64,000 nt of DNA from positions 1,792,001 through 1,856,000 of the forward strand of contig CAVYRF010000001.1 of the NCBI GenBank assembly GCA_963770895.1. Reading direction: 5' to 3'. Positions 41,672 through 52,280 of the stretch are shown piece after piece (positions within the stretch are counted from its first letter, which is position 1; each line of letters begins with the position of its first letter). The stretch comes from an uncultured Acidobacteriota bacterium (GTDB lineage Bacteria > Acidobacteriota > Thermoanaerobaculia > Multivoradales > UBA5704). The position numbers and the translations under genes were made by a program. The notes beneath the pieces were generated by a model. The model was given only the letters and a program-made list of their open reading frames with translations. It was not told the DNA's origin and made no database searches.

Positions 41672-44600
41672 ATGTGCAAGAATGAAATGGCCGCCATTGT
41701 CGGCCTTGTTGTGTCGCTTCTCAGCGCTGTCTCGGCAAATGGCCAAGCAATCTGTAAGAATCCTGCAACAACGATGTTGAGCGTCGATCCGACGGGACCG
41801 TCAGCGGCAATGATGACAGCGAGGCTCGCCCCGCCCTCAGCGCCAACGGCCAATACGTTGCGTTTGCATCTTGGGCGACGAACCTGGTGCCCAATGCGAT
41901 CCCCAACATCATCAATATCTTCTGGTGGGACACGGTCAACGACGTCACCCGCGCCGTCGACACCGGCGTGACCTGGGGTCAGGGGATCAACGAGCTGCCG
42001 CTGACGATCTCCCCCGACGGCAGGTACGTCGCCTTCACCTCGTTGGCGGGCAACGTCGTCGCCGGCGACTCCAACGGGACTAAAGCCACCTGGGCGATTG
42101 CGGCTCGGCCAACCAGCTGGTGGTGTACGACACCCTGAACCCCGGTCTGGGCGTCCAGCCGATCGGCAACTTCAACCAGGTCATCAAGACGACGGGATCG
42201 CTGGCGCCCAACGCCAATCAACAGCTGGCGGACAAGGCATTGATCTGGTTGGACGAGATGGACTTCACCGGCGAAGGGACCGGCGGCACCTACTACCTCG
42301 ACCTGTCATCTGGCGTCTTGCAGCGCGTCGGCCGTGAGATGAGCGGCTCCCCGCTCCCCGGCAACGCATTCGGCAAATGGGCCAATCCGTACTGGTTCGG
42401 GATCAGTGAGGACGGCCGCTGGGTGGCCTATCAGAGCGCCGACTGGCTGATCGCCAATCCGAATAGCGGCGGCGCCTACCAGATCTTCGACCAGGACATG
42501 CATTCGGTGCGCACCACCAACTGCCCGATCGCTGCGTTCGACGCCCTGGCTGCGGTGCCCTTCGAAGATGCCAGCCAGCAGAAGCTGCTGGCGGACCCCA
42601 ATGCCATCGTTGCGCTGATGACCGCCTCCGGCTACCAGGACCAGGTGATGCGCGGCCTCACCGCCGACGGCGTGTCGCGCCTGTTGCTGCGCGCGGTCGT
42701 GCCGCAGGCCGGACAGGTGCAGTTTACGAGCGGCGACGCGGCGACGCCGCTGAGCTCGCTCGACGGCTCGCAGGTGCAGCCCTCGATCACCGCCACGGCG
42801 GTGCCCTACGGCAGCCAATACGTGGCGTTCGCAGTGCTGCGACCAACATCCCCAAGGTGGCGAAGTCCATCCTGGGCGCAATCCAGGCGCAGAATGCGAG
42901 CGGCATCGCGACGGCGCAGGCCGACGTCGTCGCCCATTCGATGGGCGGTGTGCTCACCCGCCAGTGGATCGGCGGCCGCGGCAGCGCCCAGTCCTACAGC
43001 AGCGCCGCCAACTTCATGCAGGGCAGCGTGCATAAGTTGGTGCTGGTGACCTCGCCGCAGTGGGGGGCGGACCTGGCCACCGCGCTGCTGACCGCATACC
43101 AGCTTCACCCCGTCACCACCAGCAAACTGAAGCCGTGCATCCTGTGCGGCGCGGTGAGCGACCTGCAGGCGTCCCCCTTCGGCACCCAGAACGTCTGGAA
43201 CGACCCCACCCAGGTGGCGACCTCCGCCCTGGTCGGCACCGGCCCCTACACCGACGACCTGCTGCTTTCGGCCATGGCGAACCTGTTGACCTTGCTGCTG
43301 CCGCCCGGCGAAGGCTACAGCGCGGTGTATGAAGACTGCCTGCACGACGGGATCGTGGCCGCGGTGAGCCAGCAGGCCGGTCTGCCGGACAGCGCCGCGA
43401 CGCTGATCCCCGGTCTGGCGGGCCTGCACATCGACGTGCTGAGCACACTTGCCAACAGCAACACGGTGGTCGGCCTGCTGAACGCGCCCACCAGCAGCTT
43501 TGCCGCCTCGCTGCCGGCCAGCCCGAGCGGCAGCCCGCTGGCGTCCTGCTACGGCAACTCGCTGGTGGTCTACGCCGCGCCGAAGCTGCCGCACGCGGCG
43601 CGCGGCTTCACGCCGGCCGAATCCAAGGGCGGCGGCTCGGGAGACACCGTGTTCGCGCCGGGGCTCGCCATCACCGCGCCGGCCGCCGCCAGCATCGTCA
43701 AGTCGGGCACGCCGGTGACCGTGACGCTGCAGGGCTTCGGCACCTACGCCCCACCGGCGGTGCAGAACCCGGCGGTCGTCGGCGGCTACGTGATCACCAG
43801 CCTGGGCGATATCGAGCTGCTGTACGTTACGTCTGGAGCGCTCACCGGCACGATCACCGTGCCGGCGGACGCCACCGGTCCGATCGACCTGGCTGCCGTC
43901 GGCACGGATAGCGCCGGCGTCCTCTGGCAGGCCAACAGCGTCCGTATCTACGCCGACCCGCCGGGATCGCTGGTCGGCGTCCACATCGACCGCAGCGGCG
44001 GCACGCCTACACAACCCCTGGTGCTTACACCGTCACCCTGTCGGTGACCGACGTCGAAGGGCAGGTCAGCACCACCACCGCGACCGCCTATGCCGACCCC
44101 GGCGTGCCGGTCGCCAGCTTCACCTTCAGCTGCCAGGGTCTGACCTGTACGTTCGACGGCTCGCCGTCGACGGATGCGTACGCGATCGCCGCCTATTCGT
44201 GGGACTTCGGCGACGGCACGTCTCCCGGGTCCGGTGCGACCAGCAGCCACACCTTTGCCAGCTCGAACGCCTGGAGCGTCACCCTGACGGTGTGGAACTA
44301 TGAGAACAGCTCCGCTTCGACGACCCGCCAGGTGACGGTCAATGGGGCGCCCGCGGCGGCGGGTGAATCGTTCTTCCCCCTCGCCCCCTGCCGGGTGCTC
44401 GACACGCGCCAGACGACCGTGCTCACCAACGGCACGGCGCGCATCGTGCCGGTCGCCGGCCACTGCGGCGTGCCGGCGGGGGCCGACGCCGTGGCCGTCA
44501 ACCTGACCGCGGTGTCGCCCACCAACATCGGCAGCCTTTCCCTGTATCCCGGCACCTCGCCGGCCAGCGGCGGCACTGTGTCGGTCAGCTTTGCCAGCGG

Positions 44601-45501
44601 CCAGACCGCCGTCGCCAACAACGCGCTGCTGGCGCTGGGCACCGACGGCAGCCTGGGCGTCCTGCCCACCGTCGCCGGCTCGCCCGGCCATGTGCAGCTG
44701 CTCATCGATGTGGCCGACTACTTCAGCGCCGGCAACCCGCTCAACGCCACGCCGCTCGGCTTCCAGACGGTGACGCCCTGCCGGCTGGCCGACACCCGCA
44801 ACCCCAGCAACCCGCTGGCCGCGAACACGGTGCGCAAGTTCCAGGTGCAGCAGGAGTGCGGCATCCCCAGCGGCGCGGCGGCGGCGGCGCTCAACCTGAC
44901 CGTGGTGCCGGGCAGCAACGACACCGGCTACCTGAGCGTGTTCCCCAGCAACGCCACCAACACGCCGCCCGGCGTCTCCACCCTCAACTTCTATACCGCC
45001 GCGCCCCTCGCCAACGGTGCCATCACCGGCCTGGCGGCGCCGGTGCCCGACGTCTCGGTCTTGAACGGAGCGTCCGGGACGTCGAACGTCCTCCTGGACG
45101 TCAACGGCTACTTCCAGTCCGGCGCGCCGCTGCTGTTCCACCCCGTCGTCGCCTGCCGCGCCGTCGACACCCGCTCGGTCAGCCAGGGTGCGCCGTCGCT
45201 GGCTGCCGCGACCTCCCGCACCTTCCAGATCCAGGGCAACTGCGGCGTGCCGCAGGCCGCCGGCGTCAAGGCGGTGGCGCTCGATATCACCGTGGTCAAT
45301 GCCCCGGCTGCCGGCTTCCTGACCGCGTACCCGTCGAACAGCGGCATGCCCGGCGTTTCGACCCTGAACTTCGCCGCCGGTTCGACCCTGGGCAACGGCG
45401 CGATCGTGCCGGTGCAGCCCAACAGCACCAGCGACCTGACACTGATTGCAAACACCGGCCCGCTGGACGTGATCGTCGACGTGTTCGGCTACTTCGAGTA
45501 A
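41672..45501 (+). pseudogene. Frameshifted large secreted protein: TolB-like propeller, alpha/beta hydrolase (AHSMGG), PKD domain, three PCRxxDTR domains
   Basis: Consecutive fragments 41672, 41887, 42120, 42857 and 44044 in changing frames; ISPDGRYVAF, ISEDGRWVAY, VVAHSMGG, YSWDFGDG, PCRVLDTR/PCRLADTR/ACRAVDTR. The last fragment (44044-45501) may still be translatable. Confidence 0.8.
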
Positions 45502-45797
45502 CCTGTTCCCCTGCAATTGCGTCGACGGCAAGTATCAATGCAAGCCGGTCTAGCCCCTCTCCAGCCCAACCGCCGGCGGCAGGCCCGCTGCTGGCGGGGG
45601 CTCGGTCCCAGGCGCGGCCGTCGGCGCCGACGCGGTTGACGACCAGGTGGACGTGCTCTTTGGCGGTATCGCGGTGGGCGACGACGAGGGCCTCACGCGC
45701 TCGGCGGCATCATGGTGTCGCGGAGAGCCGCTGGGAAGCACTTTCCCTATAGAGGCTCGCGTCGTGCGAGACGCCAGCTCCCGGCCCTGGCCTGGTC

Positions 45798-46820
45798 ATG
45801 CAACCGACGATCCTGATCCTCAGCCCTTCCTATGCCGACGTAACCACCGACGACGTGGTGGACTGGCTGGCTTGCCTCGGTGCCGGTTCGGTGCGTCTGT
45901 GCGGTGAGAGTATCGACGGCGGCGCCGCGATCCGCATCGAGGTTCACGGCGCGGGCGAGCGCTGCCAGCTGCGCTACGATGGCGTCGAGATCGAGCCGGA
46001 GCATGTGTCAGCGGTCTGGTTCCGCGGCTGGCTCCGCGAATGGCGGCATGAGGGCCGGTCGCTGGTCACGGATCCATCGCCCGTCGGCGCACGCCTACAG
46101 TATGACATCCGCATGCACCTCACGCGCGAAGGCCGGAAGCTCTCCGACTTCCTGATGTCGTGCTTCGGCGACCGGCCATGGCTCGGCTCGCCGAACAAGG
46201 CGTCGCCCAATAAGCCGGCGGTCCTGCGCGCCGCCGCGCGTGCCGGGTTGGCCGTTCCCTCGACGCTGATCACCACCGAGAAGGCCGCCCTGGTCGCCTT
46301 TGTCGCGCGCCACGGCGCGATCATCTCGAAGCCGCTGGCGGAGACAATCCTGCTCACCGGCGGCGGCGCGACGCATCTCCTCTATACCTCCGTCGTCCCG
46401 TCCGCGCTGATCGAGAACCTCCCCGCGAGCTTTCCGGCCACCCTGTTTCAGGAACGGCTGGCTAAGCACTACGAGATCCGCGTTTTCTATCTCGACGGTG
46501 AGTGCCACGCCATGGCGATCTTCTCGCAGCTCGACCCTCAGACCGCGGTCGATTTCCGGCGCTACAACCACGCACGGCCGAATCGCTCGGTGCCTTACGA
46601 TCTTCGCGCAGAGACCACCGACCGGATTCGCACCCTGATGGACGGGCTCGGCCTCGACACCGGCTCAATCGACCTGGTGCGCACCACGGACGGCCGTGAC
46701 GTGTTCCTCGAAGTCAATCCGGTTGGGCAGTTCGGCATGGTCTCCCGACCCTGCAACTATCATCTCGAACGCCGCGTTGCCGAGCATCTGCTGAGGAGGG
46801 CCGATGGATCGAGCTGCTGA
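45798..46820 (+). CDS. gwsG: Grasp-with-SPASM system ATP-grasp peptide maturase
   Basis: TTDDVVDWL, NKPAVL..A...GL.VP.TLIT, ISKPL, LFQERL.K.YEIRVFYL, MAIFSQ...T.VDFRRYN, TGSIDL, FLEVNPVGQFGMVS. Confidence 0.9.
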   Translation: MQPTILILSPSYADVTTDDVVDWLACLGAGSVRLCGESIDGGAAIRIEVHGAGERCQLRYDGVEIEPEHVSAVWFRGWLREWRHEGRSLVTDPSPVGARLQYDIRMHLTREGRKLSDFLMSCFGDRPWLGSPNKASPNKPAVLRAAARAGLAVPSTLITTEKAALVAFVARHGAIISKPLAETILLTGGGATHLLYTSVVPSALIENLPASFPATLFQERLAKHYEIRVFYLDGECHAMAIFSQLDPQTAVDFRRYNHARPNRSVPYDLRAETTDRIRTLMDGLGLDTGSIDLVRTTDGRDVFLEVNPVGQFGMVSRPCNYHLERRVAEHLLRRADGSSC

Positions 46821-47106
46821 AGATGGTGAGCGCCGGGCAACGGACGGGGCAGCGGATGGCGAGCTGCCACAGGATGGGACACCGGCGCCCGCGGCTCTGG
46901 AACAGGGCGGCGAGCGGCTGTTCGATCTGCTGACGGCCGAGGGTAGCGAGCTGGCGCCGCTCCACTATCAACTGTTCGAGCGCCGGCCACCGCGCAGCGG
47001 CGTGCCGCTGCGCATCGCCGCGAGCGCCTGGTACCACACACCGACCTTCTTCTGCTTTCCGTTTCATAAACCGATCTCTCGCTGCCGCCGTTATGACGAA
47101 GCGTGA
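46804..47106 (+). CDS. Small hypothetical protein coupled between the grasp and SPASM genes
   Basis: SD gaggagg; overlaps both neighbours; LAPLHYQLF...WYHTPTFFCFPF. Confidence 0.6.
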   Translation: MDRAAEDGERRATDGAADGELPQDGTPAPAALEQGGERLFDLLTAEGSELAPLHYQLFERRPPRSGVPLRIAASAWYHTPTFFCFPFHKPISRCRRYDEA

Positions 47107-48256
47107 TCCAGGCGCGGACCGGCCGGAGGCCACCGAGACCGCACCGGAGACGGATGGCGAGCGGCTGCCCTTTCTCCTGTTCGCCTGCTGTGTGCCGGTG
47201 CGCGGCGCCCGCCGCAGCGTGGTCTGTGACCTGCAACGTGGCACCTACCAACTGATTCCCAACGGCCTGTTCGAGATCCTCACCGAGCACCGCGGCCAAT
47301 CGCCGGCCGCAATCAAGGCAGCCTACGATCACGAGCACGATTTCGAGATCGACGGCTACTTCGACTTTCTCCGGCGACACGAGCTCGGCTTCACGACCGC
47401 CGAGCCGGAGCGTTTTCCGCCGCTTGCCCTCGACTACCAGGTCCCATCGCGCATCACCAACGCCATCGTGGATGTGGACGATGGCTCCGAGCACGATTAC
47501 GGCACGATCTTTCGCCAGCTCGACGACCTGGGCTGCGTGGCGGTCGAGCTGCGTTTCTTTACGCCGCGCCGCCTCGACGAAGTGTGCGCGGCGCTGGCGC
47601 CCACGCGCGGCGGGCGGTTGCGGTCGATCGATCTGTTGCTCGCGTACACCCCAGAGCTCGACGAGGCGGCCGGCCTCGATCGGATCGCCGCCGACAAGCG
47701 CGTCAGCTCCGTCACCGTACACTCGGCGCCCGCGGTGCGCGATTTCGTGTTGGAGGGGGGCGTCGCCGTCACCTACCTCCGCCAGGCGATCGATTCGCCC
47801 GCCTGCTGTGGCCAGGTCCACCCGCGCCATTTCATCGTCAACATCGCTGCCTACAGCGAGGCGCAGCACCACAACTCCTGCCTCAGCCGCAAGGTCGCGA
47901 TCGACGCGCGGGGAGATATCCGCAACTGCCCGTCGCTGCCGCGCTCCTACGGCAACGTCCGCGGCACGTCGCTTCATGCCGCCCTTGCGCAGCGCGATTT
48001 CACCGCCCTGTGGTCGATCAACAAGGATCAGATCGAAGTCTGCAAGGACTGCGAGTTCCGCTATATCTGCACCGATTGCCGAGCCTACCTGACCGGCGCC
48101 GGCGATCGGTACGCCAAGCCCGCGAAGTGCGGCTACGACCCGTACACCGCGGTTTGGAACCCGCCGCCAGGAGAGGCCGACGGCACCTCGCGGATCGCTC
48201 CGCCTGCGCCCGCCGCCAACCCTTCCAGCGGCATCTCACGGAAGGAGAACCCATGA
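47093..48256 (+). CDS. gwsS: Grasp-with-SPASM system SPASM-domain peptide maturase
   Basis: FACCVPVRGARRSVVCDLQR N-terminus; HNSCLSRKVAID..G.IRNCPS; CKDCEFRYICTDC; KPAKCGYDPY; no CxxxCxxC radical-SAM motif. Confidence 0.9.
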   Translation: MTKRDPGADRPEATETAPETDGERLPFLLFACCVPVRGARRSVVCDLQRGTYQLIPNGLFEILTEHRGQSPAAIKAAYDHEHDFEIDGYFDFLRRHELGFTTAEPERFPPLALDYQVPSRITNAIVDVDDGSEHDYGTIFRQLDDLGCVAVELRFFTPRRLDEVCAALAPTRGGRLRSIDLLLAYTPELDEAAGLDRIAADKRVSSVTVHSAPAVRDFVLEGGVAVTYLRQAIDSPACCGQVHPRHFIVNIAAYSEAQHHNSCLSRKVAIDARGDIRNCPSLPRSYGNVRGTSLHAALAQRDFTALWSINKDQIEVCKDCEFRYICTDCRAYLTGAGDRYAKPAKCGYDPYTAVWNPPPGEADGTSRIAPPAPAANPSSGISRKENP

Positions 48257-48402
48257 AGAAGTTCGAAAGCATCGATGACGATCTGTTCGCGCCGCTCGTT
48301 GAAGACGAGGCGCGCCGGGCCACCGGACAAGACCAGACCGGCGTCATCTCGGTGATCCAAACCAACGACCCCAACCCCGACGAAACCTTCGATCACGTCT
48401 AG
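48253..48402 (+). CDS. Probable graspetide precursor, 49 aa
   Basis: SD aaggag; ATGA overlap with the SPASM stop; MKKFESIDDDLFAPLVEDEARRATG-QDQTGVISVIQTNDPNPDETFDHV (Thr/Ser and Asp/Glu-rich core). Confidence 0.8.
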   Translation: MKKFESIDDDLFAPLVEDEARRATGQDQTGVISVIQTNDPNPDETFDHV

Positions 48403-48595
48403 CCCCATCGGGGGGCAGCCGCTCGGCGGCTGCCTCCCTCCTGGGCCGACCGATTCTGTCGAGCTGTGCGCCAGTCCGAGCGCAGCTTCGCACGGCCTCG
48501 TCGATCTCCAGCCGCTTCCGGTAGTGGTTGCCGATCTCCATCAGGTCGTAGCGGGCGTCGGCGGCGAGCCCCGCAGGGACCAGGCGTCGAGGGGT

Positions 48596-49411
48596 TCAAC
48601 GCTGGACCTGATGCTGACTAAGGAAAGAGCTCTTCACGAACGTGAAATTCACATCGTACTCGACTGCAACCAGGGCGTATCCTGTTTCACAGAGACGGGC
48701 AACCGACTTCTTGAGTTTGTGGTCTGGGTCATTATGAACGGCGTGATACTCGACACAGATGATGCCGATGTCCAGCCCATCTTCAACCAGCGAGTCGATG
48801 ACCCTATACTCCGCTCCTTCGATATCCAACTTCAGCAGCTGAAGTCGAGAGTGGCCTAGCTCGCGCATGAGGGTAGAAAGGCGTTTGCACGGCGCTTCAA
48901 AATATTTGTCAGTACGTTTCAGGTTCAAGATCGAATGTGAAACATCCTGCGGGTTGGAGGGCGCGTAGAATTTGAGAACCCCCTCCGTGTCCCACAGGCC
49001 GACAGGGAAGAAACGGAATTGACAGAGGTGTGCCGCATGTTGAATGACATGCTCCCGCGCCCGCGGTGTCGGATCGAAAGCAAAGACACTGCAGTTGAAG
49101 CGCGCAATCAAAGCCAGATCAAATGTGATGTCTTCGCCCACACCGGCGAGATAACAAACCGCACCCTCAGGGACGTCAAGAGCCGGCACCAGCCAGCCGC
49201 CGTGCTCTGAACCCAGTGTCTCCAACCCTCTGATGCTATGTATTTCAGTGCCGGTCAACTTGTCCACCATCAACCGGCCCGCGCGGCGCTGATCTGGGAG
49301 AGCCATGAGAGGCCACATCGATCTTGTTACAAGCCTCGCAGCGTAGGCAGCCCCTCTTCCCACACAGCCGCCGCGAGCTGTGCGATCGGCGCTGCTGCAA
49401 TTCGCTGACAT
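48596..49411 (-). CDS. FkbM-family methyltransferase (start uncertain)
   Basis: LGSEHGGW, AGVGEDITFD, VFAFDPTP, LLKLDIEGAEY; AT-richer than the flanks. Confidence 0.85.
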   Translation of the reverse strand: MSANCSSADRTARGGCVGRGAAYAARLVTRSMWPLMALPDQRRAGRLMVDKLTGTEIHSIRGLETLGSEHGGWLVPALDVPEGAVCYLAGVGEDITFDLALIARFNCSVFAFDPTPRAREHVIQHAAHLCQFRFFPVGLWDTEGVLKFYAPSNPQDVSHSILNLKRTDKYFEAPCKRLSTLMRELGHSRLQLLKLDIEGAEYRVIDSLVEDGLDIGIICVEYHAVHNDPDHKLKKSVARLCETGYALVAVEYDVNFTFVKSSFLSQHQVQR

Positions 49412-49536
49412 CTGACCGCAAACTGTGGAGAGCCTGACGCAACCATGCGATTATCGTGGCCTCTCGCATGAATTCTGTCAAGCAACGAACTTACAGGGTG
49501 GCTGCCCGACACCGCCAGTAAGGCGAGATCCTTGCC

Positions 49537-50130
49537 GTGGCGGCGAGGCCGGCCGCGGCGCAGTTTCTTCTCAAGACGGCCGTGGCGGGTTTCACCGATG
49601 TCAACGGCAACGGTGCACTCGACTGCGGCGAGCCGGTGAAGATGACCGTCGCGCTCTCGAGTCCCAACGCGATCCTGACCGGCGCCCAGGCCTATTCGGG
49701 AACGCTGACGTTTCCGACCGCCTCGGCGGGCCTGGTCTTCGTGCCCGGCTCGGTCGAGGAGGAGTTCGGCCTGACGGCCGGCTGCGCGGTCACAGCGATT
49801 ACGGCCGGCAACAGCTCGGAAGACCTCCCCGCGACGGTCTCCTGCGAGTGCCTGCCGAGCGGCCCGAACGTCATTCCGGTCGTGACGGTGAGCTTCGAAG
49901 CCGGGTACTTCAACAGCACCTCTCCCTCCTACAGCGCGGCGGCCCACGCCCATATCGTGCCGGCGACCGGCCCGGCGTTCGATCTCGACTCCCAGCTGGT
50001 TGACCGCGAGGGTGAAGGAGGCGTAGGGGTCGGCCGATGCTCCTTCGACTGCTCGGAGTGCGTGATCGTCGTGAGACCCGACGAATGCTCGCTGTGCCAC
50101 CAGGGGTCCTGCTTGACTGCCTGCCCGTAA
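49537..50130 (+). CDS. Hypothetical extracellular-type protein fragment with Cys-rich tail
   Basis: DVNGNGALDCGE motif and beta-rich body; no clear signal peptide; ends GRCSFDCSECVIVVRPDECSLCHQGSCLTACP. Confidence 0.5.
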   Translation: MAARPAAAQFLLKTAVAGFTDVNGNGALDCGEPVKMTVALSSPNAILTGAQAYSGTLTFPTASAGLVFVPGSVEEEFGLTAGCAVTAITAGNSSEDLPATVSCECLPSGPNVIPVVTVSFEAGYFNSTSPSYSAAAHAHIVPATGPAFDLDSQLVDREGEGGVGVGRCSFDCSECVIVVRPDECSLCHQGSCLTACP

Positions 50131-50353
50131 TCCGCCGCGCCACGGCCGGGTGCAGGCGCATACGACCCTTTGCAATGGGGCGGTCATCCGGTTTGGTCGG
50201 CGCCACGATGGGGGCCCCCTACGTGGCGGAAGGCCGGCCGGCGTGGGCAGCCCGGGGGGGTTGGTTGGGTGGTAAACCGGGAGGGGGCACAGCAAAGCAT
50301 GATTCGCATGTGCTAAATTTCGTGCGCCAGCGCCAGCCTCCAGTCTTGCGCGG

Positions 50354-50359
50354 TATAAT
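50354..50359 (+). promoter_or_regulatory. Sigma70-type -10 box for the precursor gene
   Basis: Perfect TATAAT ending 18 nt before ATG 50378, in an AT-rich patch, followed by SD aaaggtgag. Confidence 0.5.
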
Positions 50360-50377
50360 CTAATAAAAGGTGAGTAC

Positions 50378-50539
50378 ATGAGAAAAACTAAAAACAAGCT
50401 TCAGCTAAGCAGGGAGACGTTGAAAGCCCTTGGCAACCAGCTCAGGGACGTAGCCGGTGGCGGACTCACCCTTTCTGAAGCAACCTGCGACACGTGTGAG
50501 ACGACCTGCGCCACCTGTTACCGGAGCTGCTATTGCTGA
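50378..50539 (+). CDS. Class I lanthipeptide-like precursor, 53 aa, absent from the ORF track
   Basis: MRKTKNKLQLSRETLKALGNQLRDVAGG-GLTLSEATCDTCETTCATCYRSCYC. Confidence 0.9.
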   Translation: MRKTKNKLQLSRETLKALGNQLRDVAGGGLTLSEATCDTCETTCATCYRSCYC

Positions 50540-51120
50540 CAGCAGGTAGCGTGCTCCTGGGCCTCGGGAGCGGAGATCTTTGGTCGGACTCCGCAGGCGC
50601 GCGACCGCTCCGCGATGACCGGACCGAGGCGGCATCTTTGCCGGCCGGAGGTGCAATCCGATTGACCGTGGTGGCTGCGTGAGCCGTCGGGCTCACGCAG
50701 CGCTTGCTCGTCAGGAGCGAGCCCGAGCGAGCCCGATGACGCTGCCTCTCAGGTGACCTTGATCGCCTCTAGTCGTCGAAATCTGAGCGGTCTTGTCCGC
50801 AAAAACGACTTTGTCACCTAAGCCTCGGCCGGCCTGCATGGTGGGAGCACGACGCCAAGCTGGTGCTGGCTCCGGCCGCCAGCGCCTGGCCTTCGTGGTG
50901 CGCGACGGCCTGGCCCGCATCTCCTCCTGCATCATCCAGGAGGTGGATGTGGACAAGGGCGGCGCGGTCAGCATGGCGGCTCCGGCAACGGCCACCCACC
51001 CCAGCCTGCGCTGACGATCACCGATCGCGATCGCGCGGCCACCGCTGAAGGTGCCAGTTGGTTGGTGCTCGATACATCCGCGTACTCTCGCTTCAGCCTG
51101 CTCTTTTGGCAAGCTGGCGT

Positions 51121-52155
51121 TCAGGCCAGGATCTGGTCCCGCATACCGCCGTAGGCGAAGATGCGAGCCATCTCCTTGGCATACAGGTCGCCTGGAAACC
51201 CGAGATCGATGTGGCTGGCGTCGTCGAGGGTCTTGACCTGTTCCGGGGAGAGCGTGAGGTCGAGGCTCGCCAGATTGTCCTCCAGCTGAGAGAGCTTGCG
51301 CGCGCCGAGGATGGGGATGACCGGCACCGGGCGGTGGCGCAGCCATGCCAGCGCCACCTGCGCCATGCTGCGACCGCACTCGTCGGCCACGGTCTTGACG
51401 GCCGCGACGATGCGGTCGGCCCGCTGTGGTTCCGGCTTGAAATCCTTCATCATGGCGCTGGCGAGGCGGCCCGCATCGGCCGACCCGTGGCCGTGGTACT
51501 TGCCGGTCAGCACGCCGCTCGACAGCGGCGACCAGGCGGTCACGCCGATGTTCAGCGCCTTGGCCATCGGGACCAGCTCCCGCTCGACGGTTCGCTCGAT
51601 CAGGTTGTATTCGATCTGCAATCCGATGAAAGGCGACCAGCCCCGCAGCTGTGCCAGGGTATTCGCCTGCGCGATCCACCAGGCGGGGGCATCGGAGATG
51701 CCGACGTAGAGTACCTTGCCGGCGCGTACCAGGTCGTCCAGTCCGCGCATCACCTCCTCGACCGGCGTGATCTGGTCCCAGATGTGGACCCAGTAGAGAT
51801 CGATATAGTCGGTGTGCAGTCGCTGGAGGCTCGCCTCCACGGCCTGCACCATATTCTTGCGGTGGTTGCCGGCCGCGTTCGGGTCGGTGCCCGGAGCGGC
51901 GTTGCTGTATTTGGTGGCCAGTACCACGCTCTGGCGGTGGCCCTGCATGAACTCGCCGACGAACGTTTCGCTGGTCCCGTTGGTATACAGGTTGGCGGTG
52001 TCGACGAAATTGCCCCCCGCGGCGCGGAAGGCGTCGTACACTTTTCGCGCCTCGTCCTTGGGCGCGCCCCAGCCCCAATCATCGCCAAAGGTCATGGCGC
52101 CGAGCGCCGTCTCCGAGACGCGGAGCCCGCTCTGGCCCAAAAGTCGGTATTGCAT
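51121..52155 (-). CDS. Aldo/keto reductase
   Basis: YRLLGQSGLRVS, GAMTFG, DTANLY, VLATKY, DYIDLYWVH, GKVLYVGIS, AWSPL, PILGAR. Confidence 0.95.
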   Translation of the reverse strand: MQYRLLGQSGLRVSETALGAMTFGDDWGWGAPKDEARKVYDAFRAAGGNFVDTANLYTNGTSETFVGEFMQGHRQSVVLATKYSNAAPGTDPNAAGNHRKNMVQAVEASLQRLHTDYIDLYWVHIWDQITPVEEVMRGLDDLVRAGKVLYVGISDAPAWWIAQANTLAQLRGWSPFIGLQIEYNLIERTVERELVPMAKALNIGVTAWSPLSSGVLTGKYHGHGSADAGRLASAMMKDFKPEPQRADRIVAAVKTVADECGRSMAQVALAWLRHRPVPVIPILGARKLSQLEDNLASLDLTLSPEQVKTLDDASHIDLGFPGDLYAKEMARIFAYGGMRDQILA

Positions 52156-52280
52156 GGAAAACGTCTCCTTCTACAGCTTGGCTGGTCGAGAATCTGTCCT
52201 CGCAAGCGCTCGTACGCTCACCTCTTATCATATGAGGGGTTCCAACCAACCCAACCCCTCGCCCAGGAGGAGGATGCCCG

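Noticed and set aside
50793-51014. Short ORF RLAFVVRDGLARISSCIIQEVDVDKGG with coding-like codons
   Set aside because: Possibly a gene remnant, but no family could be recognised and there is no convincing start
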